Below are positions 42,175-60,035 of a DNA stretch of 64,000 bases, piece after piece. Source of the DNA: the human T2T-CHM13v2.0 reference genome, Homo sapiens; assembly GCF_009914755.1 (NCBI RefSeq), contig NC_060946.1; one strand, 5' to 3'. How positions within the stretch are numbered: position 1 is the first letter of the stretch; the number at the start of each line of letters is the position of its first letter. The translations under genes and the position numbers were made by a program. Below the pieces are notes generated by a model. The model made no database searches. It saw only the letters and a program-made list of their open reading frames with translations, and had not been told where the DNA came from.

Positions 42175-43107
42175 GGCCCTGTGCTTTTAACTGCCACACT
42201 CCATGGCCCCCACTGTTCAGCTGAATGAGGCATTAGGTGGCTTATAACTGGGAATTTTAGGGACCTAAAAACAACCCATTTAAAGAAAAAAGTTTACATT
42301 GAAGGGAAATATCATTTCATGGCAACTTAACTGTATCTCCTTGGAGTCATTTAACAGGAATTATGACCAAAGACCCAGCCATCTCCCCAGATAGCATTAG
42401 AGCAAACCGGGAGTACTTACGCCTCTTGCTGTAATTAATAACCTCATTATGCTGTGGCAAGGCGAAAAGATCACTGTGAATGAGTCCAGGTTAGTAAATA
42501 GTGGTAATGGCCTAGTTATTAAGTTTAATGCCTTAAACATTCAGTCCCATCATGTTCAAGATTCTTAGTTGGCAAGGTCACAAAGAAGAATTAAGAAGAA
42601 AAGTTGTTGCTTATGTGCGCAGATAAAAAGACATTAGAAGAAAGTTGCAAAACAGGATACCTGGTCACCAAATATATGCAGAGAGGGAGTGAAACAGAAT
42701 CTTGGAAGATAGAATCTCTGACTCAAAAGTGGCAAGGACCCAAGGGCTGTCTCGCTGCCCAAATGGAAAGAGAGATACCTGGAGAGAAGTCACACTCAGG
42801 CTTGGATGTACAAGTTAGAGGTTCATCTTGTTCAGATGTGGGTGTCTAGAGTTATTTCTCAGTTGTGGTTTATGAATAATTACAGGAGATAACTGCCTGG
42901 GTTGCAAGGTAGCCAGCTTCCGTGGGATCAAGCAGAAAGGTGGCCTAGCAAAGTAAAAGGGCATTCTTCTGTTATTTAACTGTCTAAAACCTTCAGCACC
43001 ATGGAAATGAACACAGAGGTGTCCAAACCACCTTCCCTTCAAGATAGCTTGATAGCCTTTCTGGTAGAATATGAAAGAGCAGCCATTTGGAAGACTCTCA
43101 TGAAAAT

Positions 43108-43571
43108 TGTAGTGAATTGAATTGTATTCCTCAAAAAGCTATGTCCAAGTCCTAACCTCTGATACCTGTGAATGTGACCTCTTTGGGAACTAGGGTCTTT
43201 TCAGATGTAATCCAGTTAAGGATATCAGATGAAATCATCTTAGACTGGTGGGAGTTGCGGGGGAGGCACACTAAATCCACTAACAAGTCCTTAGAAGAGA
43301 AGAGACGAGGAAAAGACAGAAAGACACAGGAAAGAAGATCATGGGAAGATGGCAGCAGAGATGGAGTGATGCTGCCACAAGCCAAGAAATGCTGAGAGTC
43401 ACTAGAAGCTGGAGGAGCCAAGGAAGGTCTCCCCTGGAGCCTTCAGAGGGTGTGCAGCTCTGCTGAAACCTTGATTTGGGAATTTTGGCCTCCAGAACTG
43501 GAAGAAAATAAATTTCTGTTGTTTTAAGCCACTAAGTGTATGGTAATTGTGGAACCTAGGAAATTAAAATA
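43108..43571 (+). mobile_element. MLT1B/C-like MaLR solo LTR
   Basis: tgtagtgaattgaattgt...gtgaatgtgacc...gccacaagccaagaaatgc...aataaatttctgttgttttaagcc. Confidence 0.85.
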
Positions 43572-43708
43572 ATAACTTTGGGAATTGAATGCAATTTCAG
43601 TATCATATTCAAAGTCACCAGGGCTCGAAGAAGGTCAATGTGGCCAGGTAAAGCTCCTTTATTCACTTCACCAAAAACATGCGCATAGAAATCTGCACCT
43701 AGACTCAT

Positions 43709-43761
<53 letters not shown>
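43709..43761 (+). repeat. Compound (TC)n(CA)n microsatellite
   Basis: read directly from the sequence. Confidence 0.95.
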
Positions 43762-43885
43762 AAATAACAAATTAGTTATTCACCTATATCGCAAAAAACG
43801 CTACTATCAGAATTACTTAAATATTCTGCATGAGCTAACCTTTTCACCACAAATTATTTTGACCTCTAAGGCTTTTGGTATGGTA

Positions 43886-44188
<303 letters not shown>

Positions 44189-45193
44189 GGTGGGATAACA
44201 TTTTAATACTACACATTAGGCACTGTGGTATGGACAAATGAGTACTCAGAGAGACTACATTCACATGTAAGCTGTTCAATATACTAGCTGATGAGTTTAG
44301 TGAAGTTACTGATTTGAATATCAATTTTGATATCTTTAAAACAGAGGTAATGATATCAATAATATCTATCTTTAAATGTTTTTGTGATGATTCAAGACAA
44401 TGTATATGAAACATCCAGCACAGGGCTGAGACTCAGTAAATAGTTGCCATTATTATTTTCAAATATTCCATTGTCTTAGTAAGCTTAAACTGAAAGCATC
44501 CAAACTGGTGTACCCTGAAAAAGAACAACTCCTTCAAGTATTTATAACATATACATTTAAAAAATATATGGAGGTGTGAAATGTAAAGACTTCTGCATAT
44601 GGCAACAATGAAGTACCAGAGATTACATATACACTCCCATCTTAAACAACAATAAAGCCAGACAAACTGCATTACATATCAGTTTTCAGGAACTAGACAA
44701 CAGGCATTTCAGGACTATGATTCCTGTAAGAGGGAACAAAATTATCCCTATGTTTATCCTAGCTTACTGCCTAGAGGCAGTTTCCAGGCAGCAGAACAGC
44801 ATGGGAGAAGGCAGAGTTCATCAGTTACACTGAGTTAAGGATACAAAGATTGAAGTTCAGGGTAGCCATGGCAGCTAAAATTTGCAGGACAGAGTATAGG
44901 AAAAGATGAATCTGCAGAGAAAAAATAAAACAAACAAACAAACAAACAAACAAAAAACCTCACAAACTCCAGGGAGATCTATGTCTTTCGCTGAGTAACT
45001 AATTTGAGCATACATGAAAGGAAAGTAATCAAGGCCAGGAAAAAGCCATTAGGAAACAATCTCCAGAATCCACAGAGCTGGGAAGAACCCATGTGCTCAC
45101 CAGCTAGAGGGTAAAGACCTTGTCAAATGGGTAGGTTACTCAAAATTTCATAGTGGGACTGAAATATCCCTGGCCAACAGCATGCTCTGGATC

Positions 45194-45351
45194 TAGGACG
45201 ACCAGTTTGTCCCGGTTTGCCTTGGGCTTTCTCAGCTTTAAAACTAAAAGTCCCATTTCTCAGAAACTCTTCAATCCCAGTTTTACAGTGAAAGTCCCAT
45301 GTCTTGGAAAACTCCTTAATCCCAGGCAAACTAGAATAATCAATCACTCCA
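45194..45351. mobile_element. MER81-like hAT-Blackjack MITE
   Basis: taggacgaccagtttgtcccggtttgcc...ggcaaactagaataatcaatcactcca; 8-bp TSD-like tctggatc/tgtagatc. Confidence 0.7.
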
Positions 45352-45796
45352 TGTAGATCTGTCCCAAGAAAAGCTTAAAACCAAGTCTTGAATGGATCAA
45401 GTTTATTACAAGTAACTTAACTGCATCTCAGAAAAAACTAAACCACTGTTTAAAGGAATCTAACAAAACCCAGCACCCAACACATCACATTCACAATGTA
45501 AAAGTAGTGACATTCAATCACAAATTACGAGGAATGCAAAGAAGCAGAAGAATATGACCCACAACAAGGAGAAATCAACGAATAGAAACAGACGTGGAAA
45601 TGGAGAGATGATGGGAAGAGCAGAAATGGAAGTTAAAACAACTGTTATAAAGAGGTTCTCAAGAATGTAGATGGAAACAATACAATGGGAGAGAAAGAAA
45701 CATATTTTAAAAATTAAAAATGAAACTTGTAGAGATAAAAATTATAATATCTGAAATAGAAAATGCACCGCTAGGCTTAACAACAGATTAGACACT

Positions 45797-46194
45797 TGTA
45801 TCAGTCTGTTCTACACTGCTATCAACTACCTGAGCCTAGGTAGTCTATAAAGAAAAGAGATTTAATCAGCTCACAGTTGTGTGGGCTGAACAGACTTCTG
45901 CTTCTGGGGAGGTGTCAAGAAACTTACAATCATGGTGGAAGGCCAAGGGGGAAGCAAGCACTATCCTCATATGGCAGAGAAGCAGGAGAGAGAGAGAGCA
46001 AAGGGGGAAGTGCTACACACTTTTAATCAACCAGATTTTGTGAGAACTCTATAATGAGGACAGCAAGGCGGATGGTGCTAAATCATTAGAAACCACCCCC
46101 ATGATCCAGGCACCTTTTGCCAGGCCCCACCTCCAACAGCGGGGATTACAATTCAACATGAGATTTAGGTGGGGCACAGAGCCAAACCATATCA
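45797..46194 (-). mobile_element. MSTA-like MaLR solo LTR
   Basis: tgtatcagtctgttc...aaacttacaatcatggtggaaggc...gccaaaccatatca. Confidence 0.9.
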
Positions 46195-46684
46195 TGCTGC
46201 TGAAAAAAATGCTAGTGAACTTGAAGAGAAAACAATAAAAACAACCCAAAATGAAGCACAGAGACAAAAATACACACAAAAAAAAAGCAAAGAAAGAAAA
46301 AGAGAGCAGAACCTCAGTGAGTTATGGGATAATATTAAATAGTCTAATATATGAGTAATTAAAGTCTCAGTAAGAGAAGAGGTAGGGACAGAAAATTTAA
46401 AACAAAATGGCCAAAGTTTTTCTACATTTAATGAAAACTGGACCTAACAAGTTCAATGAATCATAAGCAGAAGAAACAAAGAAAATAAACAGCAGGACAT
46501 AGAATAACCAACTTATTAAAAACCAGTGGTGAAGAGAAAATCTTCAAAGCAGCCAAAGGGGGGAAAATACATTTTATATAAAGAGAAACAAAGATAAGAA
46601 TGATAAACAGCTTCTTGTGAGAAAATAGAAAACCAGAAGATAGTAGTAAATCTTCCTTAAAGAGCTAAAAGAAAAAGAAAACCA

Positions 46685-47463
<779 letters not shown>

Positions 47464-47825
47464 TCAGACAGAAGGACAATGATACCAGATGGAAATTTGT
47501 ACCAATACAAAATGAAGAGTTCTAGATATGGTAAATATGTGGATAAATACAAAACCCTTATTTTTCAGTTTAAAAATATCCTATAAAAGATTATTAACTG
47601 TTTAAAGCAAAACATTGCAGGCATCATGGGAGTTTATAACCTGTAGAAGTAAAATGAACAACAACAAGGACACAAAGAAAGGGAATGAGAAATGGAAATA
47701 TACTGCTGAAAGGTTCTCACAGTATATGTGAAGTGGAATAACACTATTTGAAGGTAAATGATGATGAGGTAAGGATGTACATTTTAAACCATAGAACAGT
47801 GCCTTGAAAAGGAAATATAGATAAA

Positions 47826-49238
47826 ATAAATAAAGTATACAAATTTTAAGTTTATAGCTTGATGAATTTTCATTTATTTATGCTGTGTAATCAATCCTCA
47901 GATCAAGATATAGATCATTTCTAGAACCCCTGAATCCTCCCTCATCCTCATTCCAGCTGATCTCACCCCCACACCATGATGCTACCATTTTAATGTCTTC
48001 TATCTCATAGATTAGTTTTACATGTTCGTGAACTTGCTATAAATGAAATCTCACAGTACATGCACTTTGGTATTTGCCTTCTTTCATATCTGTGATTCAT
48101 CCATGCTGCTGTGGTTAGCAGCAGTCATTCTTTTTTAATTTCTGTGTAGTATTTCATTGTCTGAATATTCAATAATGTGTTTATCCATTCTGCTGATGGT
48201 AGACACTTTAACTATTTCTATTCATCAGCTACTAAGAAAAGAGCTGCTATGCACCTTCTTATACATCTCTTTTGGTGGACATATACATTCATTTTCCTGG
48301 GTTATATACCTAGAAGTGGAATTGCTGGGTCAGAGGATAGGCATACAGGATTTAGAAGATACAGATGGAGAATTTTCCTAAGTGGTTTTGCCAATTTACA
48401 TACCGTTAGCAATATGAGAATTACAGTTGCTCTGTGTCTTTTTCAACACTTAGTATTGTCAAAGTTTTTAATTTTAGCCATTCTTCAGGTGGTTTGTGTA
48501 GTAATAGTACATTGTAGTTTTAGTTTACATTTCTCTGATGATTAATGATACTGACCACTTTTTCATGTGCTAATTAACAATTTAGGTAATTTCATTTGGT
48601 GAAGTGCCTGTTCAAGTTTTTTGTTCATATTTGTATTCTTGTTTGCATTTATCTTATTAATTTATAAAGGTATCTCAAAATATATTGTAGATATGAGTTC
48701 TTTGCTGGATATATTCATTTGGAAATTTCTTCTTCCATTCTGTGGCTTGTCTCTTAACTTTCTTAGTTTTTTAACGAAGAATATATTTATGCACACACAT
48801 ATGTATATATGAAGTACAATTTAGTATTTTTTTTTACAGTTAGTGTATCTATTGTCTTTAGCTTAAAAAATGTTTGCCTATCCCAAGGTCATGTAGGCAC
48901 TCTCAGTGTTTCCTGCTAGAAGCTTCTCTGTTGAGTATTTCACATTTACGTCTGTAATCCACCTAGAATTTTTAAATATATACTATGTGAGGTAGGACCG
49001 AAGGTTCAATTTTTTTCATATGGTTATTCATATACTTTGGTACCATTTATTGAAATGAGCACTCTTTCTCAATAGAATTGCATTGGTACCTTTGCCAACC
49101 ACCAAGTCACTTCATAGGTGGCAGTCTATTTCTAAATTCTCTATTTTATTCTATTTATCAATTTGTCTATCCTGTTTCAAGTTGTCACAATTAATGTAGC
49201 TTTACAGTGAGTCATGACATCAGATAGTATAATATTCT
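47826..49238 (-). mobile_element. Ancient L1M (MD/ME-like) 3' fragment
   Basis: tatacctagaagtggaattgctgggtca, ttttaattttagccattct, gtgaagtgcctgttcaagt: antisense ORF2 end and 3' UTR. Confidence 0.8.
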
Positions 49239-50928
49239 AAGACAGAAGTGACCCAAACAAGCCCCAGTGATGACAGGAGCAAAGGCAAGATAGGATGACC
49301 ATCCTCTGTCTCCTTAACCTACTGATCAGAAAAAAAGTTGTCTTATTTGCTCACTGCAAAATACACATGGACACTGGTCAATCATATGACCTCAAAGGCT
49401 CTGTCCTGAATAAACTGATTAGATGTTTCCCTAGCAATATGATTGACTAGACAGAATGTGTTCTACTATTCCTTGCTTTGCAACCAACCCACCATTGCAG
49501 CCAGACCTCTCAAAGACCTCCTCAACGAAACCCTCACTTATCTTAAAGGTTAAAAAAAAAGTTTTATTAATTAAAAACAAAAAAATCCACAATTCTTAAC
49601 AGCTTGTTAGTATGGTCAGCTGGTTGAGAGGGTAATAAATGGAGGAGAAAGCACATCTATTCTTTTAGATCATCACCTATACTGAGGACCGGCACTTATG
49701 GCAACTCACTATTGACATGCTCACACACCTCTAAAGGTTTCTCTTTGCTTTATAACGAACTTTCACACTTCAGCATATTTCTAAACATTCTTTAACATTT
49801 TAACTTCTTTTCCACCTTGTTGAAAGCTTGAGCCCACTCTCTCATTTGTATTATTTTTTGCGCATTTGTTGCTAGCCAGTGCATTTTTAAAAATTTCTTT
49901 CCCGGGCCGGTTCCAAGACGGCTGAATAGGAACAGCTCCAGTCTACAGCTCCCAGCATGAACAACGCAGAAGATGGGTGATTTCTGCATTTCCAACTGAG
50001 GTACCAGGTTCATCTCACTGGGGTGTGTCGGACAGTGGGGGCAGGACAGTCGGTGCAGCCCACCGAGCGAGAGCCAAAGCAGGGCGAGGCATCGCCTCAC
50101 CCGGGAAGCGCAAGGGGTAAGGGAATTCCCTTTCCTAGCCAAGGGAAGCCATGACAGACACCACCTGGAAAATTGGGTAACTCCCACCCTAATACTGTGC
50201 TTTTCCGAGGGTCTTAGCAAACAGTACACCAGGAGATTATATCCTGCGCCTGGCTCAGAGGATCCCACGCCCACGGAGCCTCGCTCATTGCCAGCTCGGC
50301 AGTCTGAGATCTAACTGCAAGGCAGCAGTGAGGCTGGGGGAGGGGCATCCGCCATTGCTAAGGCTTGAGTAGGTAAACAAAGCAGCCAGGAAGCTCAAAC
50401 TGGGAAGCCCACCGCAGCTCAAGGAGGCCTGCCTACCTCTGTAGACTCCACCTCTGGGGGCAGGGCATAGCCGAACAAAAGGCAGCAGAAACCTCTGCAG
50501 TCTTAAATGTCCCTGTCTGACAGCTTTGAAGAGAGTAGTGGTTCTCCCAGCATGGAGTTTGAGATCTGAGAACAGACAGACTGCCTCCTCAAGTGGGTCC
50601 CTGACCCCCGAGTAGCCTAACTGGGAGGCACCCCCAAGTAGGGGCAGACTGACACCTCACACGGCCAGGTACCCCTCTGAGACAAAGCTTCCAGAGGAAC
50701 AATCAGGCAGCAACCTTTGCTGTTCAGCAATATTCGCTGTTCTGCAGCCTCTGCTGCTGATACCCAGGCAAACAAGGTCTGGAGTGGACCTCCAGCAAAC
50801 TCCAACAGACCTGCAGCTGAGGGTTCTGACTGTTAGAAGGAAAACTAACAAACAGAAAGGACATCCACAACAAAACCCCATTTGTACGTCACCATCATCA
50901 AAGACCAAAGGTAGATAAAACCACAAAG

Positions 50929-51946
50929 ATGGGGAAAAAACAGAGCAGAAAAGCTGAAAATTCTAGAAATCAGAGCGCCTCTTCTCCTCCAAAGGAACGC
51001 AGCTTCTCACCAGCAATGGAACAAAGCTGGATGGAGAATGACTTTGACGAGTTGAGTGAAGAAGGCTTCAGACGATCAAACTTCTCTGAGCTAAAGGAGG
51101 AAGTTCAAACCCATCGCAAAGAAGCTAAAACCTTGAAAAAAGATTAGACAAATGGCTAACTAGAATAACCAGTGTAGAGAAGTCCTTAAATGACCTGATG
51201 GAGCTGAAAACCATGGCACGAGAACTACGTGACGAATGCACTAGCTTCAGTAACCAATTTGATCAACTGGAAGAAAGGGTATCATTGATTAAAGATCAAA
51301 TGAATGAAATGAAGTGAGAAGAGAAGTTTAGAGAAAAAAAGAGTAAAAAGAAACGAACAAAGCCTCCAAGAAATATGGGACTATGTGAAAAAACCAAATC
51401 TACGTCTGACTGGTGTACCTGAAAGTGACTGAGAGAATGGAACCAAGGTGGAAAACACTCTGCAGGATATTATCCAGGAGAACTTCCCAAACCTAGCAAG
51501 GCAGGCCAACATTCAAATTCAGGAAATACAGAGAACACCACAAAGATACTCCTCGAGAAGAGCAACTCCAAGACACATAATTGTCAGATTCACCAAAGTT
51601 GAAATGAAGGAAAAAATGTCAAGGGCAGCCAGAGAGAAAGGTCGGGTTACCCACAAAGGGAAGCCCATCAGACTAACAGTGGATCTCTTGGCAGAAACTC
51701 TACAAGCCAGAAGAGAGTGAGGGCCAATATTCAACATTCTTAAAGAAAAGAATTTTCAACCCAGATTTTCATATCCAGCCAAACTAAGCTTCATAAGTGA
51801 AGGAGAAATAAAATACTTTACAGACAAGCAAATGCTGAGAGATTTTGTCACCATCAGGCCTGCCCTACAAGAGCTCCTGAAGGAAGCACTAAACATGGAA
51901 AGGAACAACCGGTACATCTGGCATGAAAAAACATGCCAAAATGTAA
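50929..51946 (+). pseudogene. L1 ORF1p, disrupted
   Basis: MGKKQSRK... start; fragments 50929-51147 and 51448-51720 (ENFPNLARQANIQIQEIQRTP); stops and frameshifts. Confidence 0.93.
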
Positions 51947-52009
51947 AGACCATCGATGCTAGGAAGAAACTGGATCAACTAACGAGCAAAATAACCAGCT
52001 AACATCATA

Positions 52010-54927
<2,918 letters not shown>

Positions 54928-56177
54928 ACAATGAGAACACTTGGACACAGGAAGGGGAACATCACACATAGGGGCCTGTTGTGGGGCCGGGGGAGGGGGA
55001 GGGATAGCATTAAGAGATATACCTAATGTAAATGATGAATTAATGGGTGCAGCACACCAACATGGCACATGTATACATAGGTAACAAACCTGCACGTTTT
55101 GCACATGTACCCTAGAACTTAAAGTATAATAAAAAAAACTTTTTTCCCTTATTTTTAACAGAAAAAAAGACCCCATGCCATAATATATTGCTTTAGTAAA
55201 TGAAGATGGCTGCATGTAATTCTGATTGTTTTAGGGGGGAAAATAGCCATGTTATACATTTGTAGGAGATTATGTCTAGACATCATTAAGGACAAATAGG
55301 TTTTAATTCTTTGGTCTCTAGATGAGGGCTATATATAGGCACAGACAGAGCTCTTGGTATTTTGCTACTCTTGCTAAACTAGCTGTGAGAGGTTTTCAAC
55401 ACTGATCTCAATGATAACTGAACGTACTGGACTATCTGAGCTTTTCTGTTTGTGTATAACTCTTTAAATATGTACTTGGAGGAACGAATAAATGGTGGAA
55501 AAGGGATTGGCCTTGAAGTCTGGAGATCAGAGATCTAAATCTTGAATTTGACACTGACCCAGTGTATGGCCTTAAGCAAACCCCTCACTTCCTCTCTGCT
55601 CTTAACTCTCTTCATCTTTCAATTAAAGAGCTATAATTAATTGAATCAATTATGTCCATGGTCTATTTAACTGTTATATGTTCATCTTTTTCTCAACCAA
55701 TGTCCCCTAACTGTCATCAAAGAAATCATCTATTATCATGGCATACTTTATAAGAAAGAAATGCCAGCCAAGTAGGAATATTTTTTATAAGAAAGCTGTT
55801 CATTGTTTTATACCCAGCTCCTGGCACACAGTAGGTATTCAAAAATACTTATCACCAAAATTTTTTATATTTTACAGATGAATGGATACCCTCACACATT
55901 AAGCAACTTGCCTTCTGAAACTGCATTGCCAGGGCCTCCAGACTGTGACAAGGAGGATGTTTTCAGGCAGAGAGCAGGGGAAAGGCTCAACCTAAGTTTC
56001 CAGGAACAAAAGCACAGGTGAGAATAGGGCTATGGGGCCAATGGAATGGTGAGGTGTCGTTTGTAGCTGGGACATGGAGTATATGGAAGCACATAATAGA
56101 AGGCAAAGGTTGCTGGGAGACCAGTTCATGAAGATTTTGAGTGCCCTGTGAAGGAACGTGAATATCATTCTACAGCA

Positions 56178-56755
56178 TATTAGTCTTCTATTGCTGCCAT
56201 AAAAGTTATCACAAATTTAATGCCTTCAAACAACACAAACTTATTATCTCACTGCTATATAGGTCAGAAGTCCAGGTTAGCTTGGTTGGTTTCTCTGTTC
56301 TGTGTTGCACATGGCCCAAATCAAGGTGTTGGCCAGCTGGGCTCTTATTGCAAGGCTCTGGGAGGAAGCCACTTCCAGATTCCTCCAGGTTACTGGCAGA
56401 AGTCAGTTATCTGCAATTATAGAACTGAGGTCCTCGTTTCCTGGGAGAGACTCTCAGCTGCTTAGGGCTGTATGTTTTCCTTATGACGTTGTACTCCCAT
56501 CTTCAAACTAGTAATGGCACACTGAGTACTTTTCACTTTTCAAATTTTTATTGACTTCTTGTCTGCCACATCTCCATCTCCAGTATGAGAAAGTTCTCTG
56601 CTTTTAAGGACTTGTGTGGTTTGATGGGGTCTAGTTGGATACTGTAGAATCCTCTCCTGTCTTAAGGTCCATAACTGTAATCACATCTGCTAAGTTCCTT
56701 TTGAATAACATTTTCATAGGTTCCAGGGACTAGGGCATAGACACTGTAGCGGGCT
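56178..56755 (-). mobile_element. MLT1D/E-like MaLR LTR
   Basis: tattagtcttctattgctgcc...ggtcagaagtcc...aaagttctctgcttttaagga...aatcacatctgc. Confidence 0.75.
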
Positions 56756-56894
56756 ACTAGGAAACACTAAGGGTTGCAGAGGAGGGGAGTAACTCAATTC
56801 CTAACGACAAATATTTATGCAGCACATTCGAAGTTCCAGGCTCTGTTATAGGTGCTAGATATAATTGGAATCATCCATTAAGAAAATCTCTTTG

Positions 56895-57344
<450 letters not shown>

Positions 57345-57385
57345 AAGAAAATCTCTCTGACATTCTCCTAGGTCAGAAGGAGATA

Positions 57386-57934
57386 CAGGTTGAACATTCC
57401 TTATCTGAAATGCTTGGGACCAGAAGTGTTTTGCATTATGGATTTGTTTTCAGATTTTGAAATATTTGCAGTATATATACTTACCAGTTGAGCATCTCTA
57501 ATCCCAAAATCCAAAATCTGAAATGCTCCAGTGAGCATTTCCTTTGAGCATCATATCACTAAAAATTTTGGATTTTGGCCGGGCACAGCAGCTCACACTG
57601 ATTTAATCCCAGTATCTTGGGAGGCCAAGGTGGGAGAATCACTTGAAGCCAGGAGTTTAAGACGAGCCTGTGTAACAAGGTAAGACCCTTATATCTTTTT
57701 AAAAAATTAGCCAGGCATGGTGGTGTGCACCTGTAGACCCAGTTACCAGCGGGGGGCGGGGGTGCTCAGGCAGGAGGATGCTTGAGCTTTGAGTTCAAGG
57801 CTGCAGTGAGCTATAACTGCACCACTGCACTCCGGCCTGGGAGACAGAGCGAGACTCTATGTCAAAAAAAAAAAAAGTTTTGGGTTTTGGAGTATTCTGG
57901 ATTTTGGATTTTCGGACTTGGGATGCTTAACCTG
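57386..57934. mobile_element. MER46/Tigger4-type DNA transposon containing an AluJ
   Basis: TA-flanked TIRs caggttgaacattcc...ggatgcttaacctg; atccaaaatctgaaatgctcca. Confidence 0.85.
57577..57872 (+). mobile_element. AluJ
   Basis: gaggatgcttgag, caaggctgcagtgagctata; TSD aaaa(a/g)ttttgg(a/g)ttttgg. Confidence 0.9.
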
Positions 57935-59559
57935 TAAGCACCTGTTTGTAATTAAACTCGTGTCCAGTTTCAGGAACACGCCCACACACCCACACACACG
58001 CATGCATGCGTGCACGCACACAGGAATAGAGATGGAATGCATTCAATTTCCTGTAGGGTCTTTGGCTGCATTTTCACCGGCACTGGCACCTGACAAGAAG
58101 GTAATGCCAAGCAGATAATATTACTGAAAGCATGGGGTATTCATGTCTAGTTACTAATAATTGCATTTGCGATGATAATCATGTTGATGACAGAATGGAA
58201 AATGGTGATTGTAATCATCATCATAATACTAAGCTGAAGCATGTTATTAGGCCAACAGGTCAATAGGAAAGAAGCAGAAATCGAGACATGGACGTGGATG
58301 ACTGACTGGAATGTACACAAGAAACCAAGAATGTGTGGGAATGTGAAGGTAGCAGCTGTCAGCTTTGACCTTGAAGCCTGACTGAGGGAGGATTGTGACA
58401 CAACGAGATGTTGTCCAGAGTTCCTGAGAAAGGCAAGATGCTGGCAGATAGATTTGTCTGGAATCCCAGGGTGACTGATAAGATACTGGGAATTCCTGTC
58501 AGTTGGTGAAGAAGTATCTGGTCCAGACTGTACCCTTAAACCCAACCCTTAGGCGTGTTCCCCTGCCCATGGCCTTGGGCACTTGCATATTTTGCAGGAG
58601 AAACAGAGAGAGAAAAAGAGACAGAGAGGAGACAGAGACACACAGGTACTAAGTTCACAGGAAAAAGTCAGCACTCTCAGCACCTCTCCTAATGCCAGAA
58701 CAACTTCAGACCCCGTGGTCTGTTCCATAAGGTTTTTCTTACTGCATCTCATAAAGAGAAGCAGTTAGTCTACTGGTCAGGAATCACAATGCCACATTTG
58801 CTAGTGGGCAGGGTCATGGCCGGGGGTGATTCTGGCCTCCACATTCTGCCTCTCTGTAGCTACGTGTCTGTTGATCTGGGTGGTCATTGTGTTAACTTCC
58901 TCTTTCCTGCTTTTTAAGTCCTGAAAGATACTATCTTTAAGCATTCATCTTTCTCTCTGCAACTCTGACTTCCAATCTATGAGTTGGCAGCCATAAACTC
59001 TAATTCCCGGGAGCTTCTTCTGATTCCCAGGAGGCCCGGATGTCCTGCTATTTTTTCATAGTTGTCATTGTGAGGCCGTGTGACTTTTGAGTAAGAACAG
59101 CCACATATCTAGTTAGTAACATCCGCAGATGAGGTTTGGCTTCAAGGGAGGGTAAGAGGTTGCACTGCTTAGTTCTAAAGCCTAAACTGAGGGATTCAGC
59201 CCAGATTTAGCAGAGGAACTAAGGGTAGCGAACCTGGGGCAGCTAACGCTGGACTGTAATTTCAGTGGTGATTTGCCGTTCCTCCTTTGGTTGTCAGCCA
59301 TCTTAGGAACCTATAATGAGGGGTGTAGCAGGGGTGGTGCTGGTGATTGTCAAGGAAGGATTAGGGCATTCCTGAGCCCTCTTGCAAATTATCATCAAAA
59401 TTCTACCCTAATTCCTAGCAGACTGATATGTTTACTCTTGGGAATGAAACTGTATCATTAAATTCCTTTAAAAAACATCAGCAGTCTGCATGTATTATGA
59501 TCTTCCTCACTTCCTAAATTCTTTCATAGCCAAAGACACTCATTCAAAAAGGATAAACA

Positions 59560-60035
59560 ATAGCAGTGATAATAAAAAGGAAACACAAACCCTACATGAC
59601 TTACAAGGTCTCACATGATTTACTCTGATGCCTCCCCCCATCCCCCTAGTTCCGACTTGCTCAGCCATTGCCACACTGTCAAACACACCAAGCAAGCTCC
59701 AGCCTCCTGTCCCCACCACCAAAGGGCTTCCCTGAGCCAGCAGCATGGCTGCCTTCCTCAGGCCATTCAGAGTCCCTCTCAGTGGCGCCCCCAGCTGCAT
59801 CCTCCCTGCAAAGCACCCTGCTGGGTTCCACAGCCAATTTCCTTGCTTATTCTTCCCTAAAGCACTCATCCCTACGTGACATAAAGATTTACGTCCATCT
59901 CAATTAACTATTCAATGGTCTACCTCTCTCACTCAAGTAGAAGCTCTGCAGGGCAGAGATTTTATCTGCTTTGTTCACCACTCTATCTCAGCTCCTAAAA
60001 CAGTGCCTGTGCTCCGTCAATATCACTCAATGAAC
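59560..60035 (+). mobile_element. L2 LINE 3' fragment
   Basis: caaacacaccaagcaagctcc...gggcagagattttatctgctttgttcacc...aacagtgcctg. Confidence 0.7.

Noticed and set aside
46404-46500. Local L1M as the source of the tag attached to the AluY at 56895
   Set aside because: It is homologous in reverse complement but far too diverged for an AluY-age copy, and no AluY sits next to it in the required arrangement.
47805-47830. Plus/minus L1M junction as a twin-priming inversion
   Set aside because: The 5' part is sense and the 3' part antisense with no shared TSD visible; two independent old fragments is simpler.
59062-59151. 90-nt segment bounded by ttttttcatag and gtaaga as a coding exon
   Set aside because: Stops occur in all three frames; a non-coding exon cannot be supported without transcript data.
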